A stretch of DNA of 64,000 nucleotides, taken from NCBI GenBank assembly GCA_003693705.1, contig RBZT01000684.1:115485-179484 (forward strand). The letters are read 5' to 3'. Positions 27,383 to 37,157 of the stretch are shown in pieces (position 1 is the first letter of the stretch; the number at the start of each line of letters is the position of its first letter). Both the position numbers and the translations under genes were made by a program. Source of the stretch: Polymyxa betae A26-41. Taxonomy: Eukaryota; Protista; Endomyxa: Phytomyxea. The notes beneath the pieces are model-generated. The model did not search any database, was not told where the DNA came from, and was given only the letters and a program-made list of their open reading frames with translations.

Positions 27383-29626
27383 ATGATCTGCCTATTGTAC
27401 AAGGTCGGCAACGGTCGAGGACAATTCTGAGCTCAGATTGATCTCAGGACGTCTCGTAGGTTCAATATGAAGGCAAACCGACGCACCAATTAGTGGTTTC
27501 TGGTGGCATTCCCCAGTTTGGTGAATGGGACCTGTCCAGGGCCATCCCGCTTCGTCGATCGGAGCTGGATCGTGATGCGAATGTCTGGAGATGCGAAGTG
27601 AAAGCGCCCTCCATCAATTTCGAGTATGCCTTTGTTGAAGTCGCTATTACTCCTGGGCAGAAAGACATCTGGTACCCAAAGTGAGTTGTTTTAGTCCCTT
27701 TTTGCAGAATGTGCTTCTGAGGCATTATTAGACGCGAAGCCAAGCTATATGGAAAGTCAGAGGTGGATACAATTTTCCAGATTTTTATAGCTAAACTGTT
27801 TTTTTCTCCTTACTGGTTGTTTTGTCTTATTATTTTTGAAAAGTTCTAAATGCATCTTCATTTTGATTGTCAAACGCATGTTAAATTTCATCCAGACGGA
27901 GCCGGTTGTCTGTATCACCGATGATGGTTTTGGGGAATCTCCATCCTGCAAGATGCGATCATCCGGTTCAGGTTCGGATCCCGATATTCGAAGTAAGAGC
28001 GCCATGCAAAACGATTTCTTGGCGCTCTGCAATCGGTACGCTGCCGAGTTGGGTGTGACGTCGCCATCGATTCCGGTCTCGGTCCAGACGGGCATCGTCA
28101 ACGCCAACCACAAAGTTCGACTCCTTCGTCGATCCTGGCTGTCGCTTCGGAGCGACGTTAATCAACTTCTGGAAGGCGGCACCGACATGATGCCTCTCTA
28201 TAGTCTGCTCGACGCTGTGCAATCTGAGCAACGATCCCGGGAGCAACTGTTTGCAGCTTATGTGAAAGAAAATCGCGAACGTCGCGCCCTGATCGATCGA
28301 ATTCAGATGATGCGCGGCAAGATTCGCGTCCTGGTTCGAATACGACCTAAACTGGAATCGGAATCCGATCTGGATTGCGCTATCGACCAGATTGACGATA
28401 CAACATTGTGCGTTCGCGATAAAACGTTCACATTTGATGGTGTTCTGGGGCCTTTCTCGACACAGGCTGATGTGTTTGATGAAGTTGAAGATGTGGTGGC
28501 ATCCTGTATGGATGGCTTCACCTGTTCCGTCTTCAGTTACGGTATGTACCGGGCATTTTTTTAAGGCTTTTTTATTCTATTGCCACACTTTGAACATCGA
28601 TTCTTTCAATAATGGCTTGACATTTCCTCTATAGGCGCTACCAATAGCGGTAAGACGTACTCGATGGAAGGGCCCGAATATGATCGCGGCGTTAGTTTCC
28701 GCTCGATACGCAAGCTATTCGATTTGCGTGACCAACGCCAATCATCGTCAGAAGTGACGCTCCATCTCAGCGTCCTTGAGGTCTATAACGACGCCATTTA
28801 CGATCTTCTGGATCCGAACGAAGATCGGCCGACCTTGGAAGTGATGACAACCGCCAGCTCTGATGATCTTGGCCGAGTCAATAACCTGATCTGGCTCCCA
28901 GTCGAATCGACGGACGCAGCCTGGGCCAGCATTCAAAGGGCGACACGATCTCGCAGCGTCGGCGCTACTCGGAGCAACGAACGCAGCTCTCGATCACACC
29001 TGGTCGTGTCCGTCGCTGTTCATTCAGTCGATATTCGGTCTGGGACGAGGCTGATCGGGAAGCTTGCGCTGGTCGACTTGGCCGGAAGTGAACGTCTGCG
29101 TATGTCGGGTGCCGTTGGTGAGCGCCTACGCGAATCGCAAGCGATCAACAAATCGCTGAGTGCCTTGTCGAATGTGTTTCGAGCTCTCTCCGGCTCAGGC
29201 GACCAGCACGTTCCGTTCCGGGATAGCCGGTTGACGTTTCTGCTGCAAGATTATCTCAATATGAGCGCACGTGTGATTACGATCGTTCATGTGAGCCCGT
29301 GCTCTGGTGCCAGCGTTGACGAATCCATTTGTTCGTTACGATTCGCTGAGAGGGCAAAATTCATCGAACTTGGAGCGGCTTCGCGCCGAATTGAATCGTC
29401 AGAATACTTCAAGTATAAGACGACTCTTCAGGCCAAAGACAAGATGATCGAGAAGCTTCAGTTCGAAGTGGCCGCGTTGAGGAATCGTTTGGCACCAAAC
29501 GGCAGCATTCACAGCAGTTCCCCCTCCAGAAAATCTCCAGCGCCAGCCAGAACCCCCAACCATCTCAAGCACGCATCAAGGCTTCGATTTTCTGCCACGA
29601 ACGAAAATCTCCCCGCTAATAGATAG
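27383..29626 (+). CDS. CBM20-coiled coil-kinesin-14 motor fusion protein
   Basis: Exons 27383-27403, 27460-27680, 27732-27762, 27896-28541 and 28635-29626 splice in frame. CBM20 (VSGGIPQFGEWDLSRAIPL...W...FEY), kinesin-14 neck (RGKIRVLVRIRP), P-loop GATNSGKT, NERSSRSH, LVDLAGSE, HVPFRDSRLT. An alternative upstream start near 27168 is possible. Confidence 0.88.
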
Positions 29627-29686
29627 ATGACGCTGCAAATGCGGATGCTGAGCGACTAAGTTATTTCTGCTCGGTTCCAATTCAAC

Positions 29687-30885
29687 TTAAACAATGTATT
29701 TATGATAAAAGCTCTCAAAGATATCGTATGACAATGTGGCAATACCGAAGAGAGGTCCAACAACGAGACCCCGGGCTGATGCCCCTTTGAAGAACGCCCT
29801 GGGACCCTCTTGTTTCAGAACAGTACTGAATGCATTCATGACGCCCGAATACTGGACACCGCCGGACGATTTACTCTGCAGGCGGGTCTTGATTACATCG
29901 CATGGTGTCACAAACACGGCACTAAGACATTGTCAGTGGTATTATGCATGATGTTAGAAGCTACACAGACCTGATAATACCAGAGAATGTGCCTATAGCA
30001 ATGGTGGTAGATGCAGGCAGGGAACCATCACTATCAGAGAGGGTCTCCTTCAGTTTACAGTTCAGAGTGAAGAACAGAACTGAGAATGGAACATCACGGA
30101 GCAATGTGGCAGCATTGCCTTTATACATCTGGCTCAGGCCAAGCTCGGTAATCAGCTACAGCATTCGCTTAGGGTCTAGGGTTTTAGGGTTTGACACCAC
30201 CGATTTCACCTTGACTGTGCTTGTACCAGGTCCAGCCATCTGTGCCCGGATCTTAACGATCTCCATCGGTGTCGTTATAGTACATTGTGCAAATCCAGTC
30301 AGAGCACCTGCCGCCAGCTCGCTCGGTAGCGTCACGACGCCGGCACCGTCGGCCAGCATCTCCCGGAACTGAGCATTGCAGGCAAGTTTCAGGGCCTTCT
30401 CGGGCATGACACCGACTTCATCATATCAGTGAGGAAGACATCGGTATAACCATATCAGGGGGGCGTACCGAGATTCGGGAACAGACCACGATAAGCACCA
30501 CGAAAGCCATCACGACCGATTGACGATGTTAAGCAGTGAAGGACACCTCGATATTGAATAGGCGAGGATGAAGTCTGATTCTGAAGTCGCGTCTTGGCAA
30601 GATCAAGTGGAAATATCACTAAAAACGGAATGTCTCAGCAACCGCAAATAAACGAGATGGGAGATTGTCAAATAGAAATGGTTGTTAGGCGAAAGACGCA
30701 ATAAACGATGGAATGAGAATAAGAAATATTACAGGATTAGAAGCATGATATTGAATACCTGCAGTACCAACGAATCCTCCAATGGCTCCAGAGACCAGCT
30801 TCACCGAGAAGGGCGTCGTTACCTTGGTCTGGTCTAATGCATTATTCGGCGTCTGCACGACTGGATGAGGTATACGAGATGACAT
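29687..30885 (-). CDS. Mitochondrial carrier (SLC25, glutamate/aspartate-carrier-like)
   Basis: Three signature repeats PLDLAKTRLQ, PMEIVKIRAQ, PCDVIKTRLQ; PEKALKL; LRDVPFS. Confidence 0.92.
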
Positions 30886-32161
30886 TCCAGGAACCGGTTT
30901 CCGTTTCTGGATTCAGTCTGGTCAAGTACACTGGCTCAACATCGATCAAATCTGTACGGGGTTACCGCAACCCGAAAACCCTAACTGCACAAATCTTTGC
31001 CCAATTTCCTGGGATTAACTTTTTAAGGCTCAAATCAGTCAAATGTCAAAAGTATCAAATATTACTTCATTTGACTCCCGATAAAACCAATATTATTTTG
31101 TACGAGTAAATAATACACAGGATTGGACCATCAATGATCCATACTATCAGATAGTCAATTGTAGCTGGTATTGTTGCAGATAGTGTCGTTCAATGATAAT
31201 GCAATGCTTTGGTTGCGGAGCATGACCACCAACACCATAACGAATCTTTTACTGGCCGACAATTATATGATGTTGAAGATTGTCCAGTATGATGCGACAC
31301 CTGCAATTTTCGTTGTGCTTCCACGAATCGAAAGAATAGAGTTCCCTCTCGTGTATACAGATCACCGATGGCAACATCACGAGTATAATGCATTGATAAC
31401 ATGTTGTTATGATTCAGAAATTAATGAACTTTATTATGTGTGAGATCCTGACCATGAAGGTTTAACATTGGATATTATCATCGAGTCTTCGTCCAGCGAT
31501 GTGAAAATCGAGGGCATGGCATTGGACCGATTTGCAAACAGGTTCGAAGATGTTGTCTTCAAAAGATTCTCAGATATATAATCTCATCATTGTGCATCAA
31601 TCACCATATAACTTCATTATTTTCATAGAAATAGGTTGGGCATTTTCTAGTACAACATATTTGCCTGTTAGTATGGAAATAAAGACGGTTGTATTGGAAT
31701 CTCTGGTTGCAGATATAATCCTGTGTGCCATTCTCTGACGTTGATTAGTTCTGGAGCATAGCTAAATATTCAGCCAGAACTGTTATTATGCCGAGCATGA
31801 TGTGATCCATACAAAATGTTGTAGATAAGCCTTTATTGCTGGATTTTATTATCATTCTATCGCTGAATGAATAATGACTGCCCATCACATTTCCTGCGAG
31901 ATTCGAAAATCAGGTTAAAGACCTGCTAGACAGATGCAATCGAAGGAGAGATAAAGGCGCATTGAAGTAGAAGATGGAATAGGAACTCGTAACCAGAGAC
32001 CGAAGGTTCGGGCTGGAAACCGATACGATTTGGAGGTGAAACCCTAACCCTAACATAAATAATACACAAACGGCACACGCAGGTGCAGCACGTCTCGAAC
32101 TGGCCCAGATACCCTTCCGGGGGGATAAATCCGGGCAGTACGACCCGGAATGCTGACTAGA

Positions 32162-33445
32162 TTACAACGCCCCTATAGTATTGGGATCTTGAGCCATCAG
32201 CTTGAGAATCACATCTTCAGACATTCCATACTTGAATATAGCAGGTTCTGATATATAACGTCTCTGTTGGTTACGATCATCATCTGATAGAGTTCGTAAC
32301 TGGGTCTGTAGGTCGCAGAACTCCTTGTTCGTAGCCAGATCATCATAGGCCGTCCGATCCAGGTCCAGCTGGGACAGGACGCGGGCCAGGACGTCCTCGG
32401 ACGTCGCCTCGTCAACGTCCATGAAACGGAATGCAGGATTCTGACGGAACCAGGTCAGCTGGCGGCGAGCGAGCTGTCGTGATGCAGTCTGGAAGTCGTC
32501 CAGGAATCGGCGGAACCCGGCCAGGTCGAACTGAAAGAGCTAGGGTTTAGGGGTTTTAGGGTTTACGCAGGGTTTTGTAATGTTACCTTGCCCTGGAATG
32601 TGTCCAGGTATGCCAACGCCTGCCTATATCCCACAGATAGTGCAGGTGGTGATCCAGGTGGCAGTTTCCCGGCACCGTACAGGCCCACGACTTCATCGAG
32701 CAGTCCGCGTTGTAACATATGCTCACATCGTCGATCGATATCACGATACAGAGATGGACGTGATCGGACGAGAGTCACGATACGGAAATCGATATCCGAT
32801 GGGGGCGTGGCGGCCGTCGTGCTGCATTCCGTGGCCGCATGACGGACCCGATACACAGTACGTACGAGACGGCGCTGGTTGCCGTACTGGACCTGCAGTA
32901 GCGGCCCCGGATCGATGGAGAGACGTTGCGCTATCCAATTGATAGCTTCCGTCCAGTTGTATGTTGCTAGAGCGTACTGGACCATATTGGTAGTGACAGA
33001 ATCAGGACGTTGTTTGGCACCATGATACTGATCATGTCCATCTATGAGAAATGAGAGATACATTCCAGATCCACCACATATGATAGGAAGATTGCCACGT
33101 TCTGATATAGAGCGTATAGCATGATGGGCATCACGAGAGAAATCGGCAGCAGTATATGGATGTGTAGGAGATAGTTCTGGATCAGCAATATCAATAAGAT
33201 GATGTTGAACAGATCTCTGCCATAGACGTGATGGTTTAGCAGATCCAATATTCAGTCCTCTATATACAGCTACGGAATCTGCTGATATGATCTCTGCAGG
33301 ACGTATTCCTGCTATACGCATAGATAGACTGGACTTCCCAACACCAGTACATCCTAATACACACACACACAGGGGATCAGGTCCGCGAATCGGGGTCGTA
33401 CTGGATCTCCCTACCGGCCAGGATCAGACATCGAATAGGAGCCAT
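32162..33445 (-). CDS. tRNA dimethylallyltransferase (MiaA/IPT9-like tRNA isopentenyltransferase)
   Basis: Spliced N-terminus MAPIRCLILAGCTGVGKS; IISADSVAVYRGLNIGSAKP, HHLIDI, GGSGMYL, IDRRCEHML, VGYRQ, RQLARRQLTWFR. Confidence 0.92.
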
Positions 33446-33578
33446 CTCGGTCGCTGTAGCAAAGCTGTGTGAAATGACGGCGTGGCAGAGCGCAGTCCGA
33501 AGCCCGTAACATTTGATCTCGTGTTTCTGTGGAAAGCCGACGGTCGTACTGGATCCCAGCCATCGTCGGGTTGATCGC

Positions 33579-34999
33579 ATGATGACCGCCGTAGAGATCG
33601 TGGAGGTGCATGGTCCAGCCCGGGACCCACAGACCGATGCGCTGCGCGTACTGGCCCCCGGAGCCCGGTTCTCCGCCCAGGAGCAGCCGTCCGATCTGGT
33701 TGTCGTACTGGCCGATGGACGCAAGATCGGCCCGTTCGACGCAGTCGTGGACTTGATCGGCGCTGATAGCGGGCTTGTAGCAGCGGCTCTATCACAGGAT
33801 ATGAAACGTTTCGATGACCATCTGATGTCCAGGACGTTCTTATGCGGGTCTGTTAGGGTTTAGTTTCTAGGGTTTTCCAGGGCTGTTTCTTGGTTTCGCC
33901 GTTTCTGGGCAGTTTGCGAATCGTCAGCATACGATTCTGATTCGAATTGCTTCGTAGAAATTCGTTATCGGTTACGGACCGGGTCGTACTGGGCCTGCTG
34001 CATTCGTACGTGGCCGCCCTGCCTGATACCGAACTCTATAAGTACTGTTGCGTCGCACGATGGTTCGATCACATCCAGTTCGTCGTACCAGTCCTGCCCC
34101 ATGGTAACGTAATCGGTCGACTGTAACGAAATAGGCTGTGATTAACGTTTCCGATCGCTCCAGTCAATATCAAGACTACTGTTGATAACCGACCACCAAA
34201 GGAGAATAAAAAGGCGAAGAAAGCGGCCGCCAACTCCAACAAGGGTGCTGGGGCCAGCACGTCCAGCTCCGTTGCGGATGCCGCCTGTTTCGATATTCGT
34301 ATTGGTCGCATCGTACATGTTGAAGGTCCCCGGATTTCTACGAGACGTTTCCCATTTTCGTTTCGCTTCTGGTTTTAAGTCATGTTTTCGTTACACCATC
34401 GCAGCTGCCTGATCATCAACTGATTATGTTACACAGCACATCCGACCGACCCGGGCCTGTACGTCGAGCAGATCGATGTCAGTCGGAGTCTGATACCTGG
34501 AGCCATCGCTGTTACTGAATCATACCATATAGCTTGGTGAAGGCAGCGGCCCCCGACAGATCGTCTCTGGTCTAGCCCGATTCGTTCCACTGTCGGAGAT
34601 GCAGGGCCGGTACGTCTGCGTCCTGGTGAATATCGACGCCTGTGAGATCAAGGGTGTGAAATCATCCGGTCTCGTATTATGTGCATCAAATCCTCCTCAT
34701 ACGATCGTTGAACCGATTCGCCCACCCGAATCCGTTCCTGCCGGCGAACGTATCATGTTCCCGGTAATGAGCTCCGCGTCTATCTCGGCCCCGATCGTCA
34801 CCACTCACTGTCTCTCCAGGGCGTACCGGCCCAGGACGCGATCGAGGTCCTGAAACCCAAGAAGCTGCATAAGCTGTTCAAATTGCTGAAGACGACCGAT
34901 GATGCCGAACCCTATGCTGTATGCGGCGATCTTGCCTTTATGACGACCCGAGGACGTATCAATTCGTCGTCCAATCTACGTAACTGTCAGATCAAATAA
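33579..34999 (+). CDS. Arc1p/AIMP1-like aminoacyl-tRNA synthetase cofactor (GST-like plus tRNA-binding OB fold)
   Basis: FLCGNSLSVTD...ARWFDHIQ (GST_C-like), K-rich linker, DIRIGRI, LYVEQID, PRQIVSGL, GVKSSGLVLCAS. Confidence 0.85.
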
Positions 35000-36025
35000 A
35001 CAAACCAGCAGAATAGTCGTGCTTGCCAGCATCTGTGCGTAAGTCCCGTTGCGCCGGGGACCAGTATTCCCGTGGGTTGTGTGGTTTCGGGGACCTCGTG
35101 GTGACGCGATCCCGCTGGCCCCGATGCTGGTGAGCTCTGGTGTGTGATGATATGGAGGGCGGATGCTGATCTCTGTATGATAGAGTCTGATGCTGGAATT
35201 AGACCCGCCCTCAATATCTGCATATCTACTAGGTGCGACTGTATTATTCGTTGGGGTCGTCGTACCTCTTATCATCATGGTTCGGCGTAATAAGCACGAA
35301 TTCAAGCTGATCTGAGCGTTTCAATCATGGCGAGCTGTATTCATCCTATCTTTAAACTATATCGACGCTGTATACGACGTCTGGGTTCTATAACGATTCG
35401 ATGTGGTGTTTCCTGCGATTAGCATCGTATTGCAGCTAGTCTTTCAAACAGTTCGTATTCAAGATTGATTCTTAACTAAAATGAACGCCTGAGCTTGCGT
35501 AGCCGATAGTTGTCGCTGATTGCTGAACATGCTGAATGTATTCTGCAATGGCTGCCATCCGATAGTCGATGGGAATAAGAAACGAACAATCTTTATCATT
35601 GTCCTAATTGCGATGAATGCCAATCAGTGAAAGCTGTATTATTAGAAGCATATGCAGACAACGGCAGGATTTGTTTCGATGTTTATAGACAGGTCAGAAT
35701 GTGAATCAATCTTCCAATACTGCAGATCGATGTCCAACATTTGGTTCATTGAACCACTCGATCATCGTCCGAAATGTGGAGATGATCGGATGTCATTCAT
35801 ATCTAAGCACATTGCTCAGACGAGATGCTAAACACGCAAACTGAAACAGATCTCCACATCTGCTGACAATTTTCAGCAACGAAATCGAGACAGAACCGCC
35901 CAGGCCCCAAGCTCATCAACTACCTCGATCTCAGTTTTCTCAGTAGAACCAATTCGAACTAAGTCCTATATACACTTATACAGGCAAATGAGCTTTACAA
36001 TTCGCGTTGTATTGGCGAACCATGG

Positions 36026-36034
36026 CTATATAAA
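36026..36034 (+). promoter_or_regulatory. Putative TATA box
   Basis: CTATATAAAG about 120 bp upstream of the HTATIP2-like ATG. Confidence 0.35.
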
Positions 36035-36151
36035 GGCCGTCAGGTAGTGGAGTTTTAATAAAAAAAGCGTTTTTTTCAAAAACAATTTTTTTGGGAAAAA
36101 TCAGCCCTGTCATACGTTTTTATGTTTCCTTAATTTTGTGAATTTTGTTTC

Positions 36152-37036
36152 ATGACCCATATCAGCCACTTCCCATTTCTGTTCATTCTCATCATCTCGG
36201 TCGTGTCCTGTACATCGGCCATGTCCGGTTATCGTGCTATAGTTCTGGGATCAACCGGCGCTGTTGGCCGCCATGTCGTCCAACATCTGGTTCGCAGCCC
36301 GAAATGCCAAGGTACATTGGGACCTCTCGCCCATCCTATCGGTCCATGATTGTCTCTGTTTAGCGATCACGGCCGTCGTTCGTCGATCGGGATCCGGCAA
36401 CGATTTGTTTGGCGTCAACTCCGATAAGATTCAGATCACCGTCGTCGATTTCGATGCCCTGGACGCCGAGCTCTTCAAGGGATTCGATATCGCCTTCTCT
36501 TGCTGTATGTTGTCGAACATGATGTCTCTGCCTGCTGAACTTTAATGCAGTAGGAACTACACGAAAGCAAGCTGGATCTGCAGAAGCATTTAAAAGAGTC
36601 GATCTGGATTATGTCGTGAATACAGCGCGACTATTAGCAGAGGCTGGCACTAAGCAGATGTTCCTGGTGACCGCCGCCAATGCCAATGCTAATAGCTGGT
36701 TTCTGTATCCCCAAACGAAAGGTCTCGCTGAACACAAAGTTGCTGATCTCAAGTTCCCTCGCCTGGTCGTCCTACGTCCTGGATTCCTGATTCGTGATCA
36801 GACAGATCGATTGGTGGAGAAAATCGGTGTCATGCTCACACCTTGTAAGATGATCAATATGTTTGTTAGCTGTATTGATGATAATGATAGCGTACATTCA
36901 AGTACATGCTGAACAAGTGGCCCGAGCTATGGTCAAATTAGCTGACGAATACGATACAGACATCGCCAAGCCAGAGACGATAGAGTTCGTTGAACATTCC
37001 ACGATCAAGACGATTGCTGCTAGTAGCTCGCTATAG
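36152..37036 (+). CDS. HTATIP2: HTATIP2/TIP30 (Fmp52-like) NAD(P)-binding atypical SDR
   Basis: VLGSTGAVG, FSC-GTTRKQAGSAEAFKRVDLDYV, SWFLYPQTKG, LRPGFL; start either 36152 or ~36221. Confidence 0.88.
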
Positions 37037-37157
37037 CCTAGATATGGAGATAATACATGGAAGTACTTGATAGATGATGTTCTCGAATGTTTCTGGAGCG
37101 TAACTCCTTCGTTCTGGATGATCTGCCAATTCTCAATTATCTGTGAATGTCCCAAGC

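Noticed and set aside
31100-31950. AT-rich stretch with short ORFs; similar stretches at 22600-23250, 43500-45000 and 54200-55500
   Set aside because: No recognisable domain or consistent exon chain; may be decayed genes but cannot be supported without a search
35327-35420. LYRRCIR motif suggesting an LYR-family gene
   Set aside because: Downstream frames are full of stops and no coherent splice model was found
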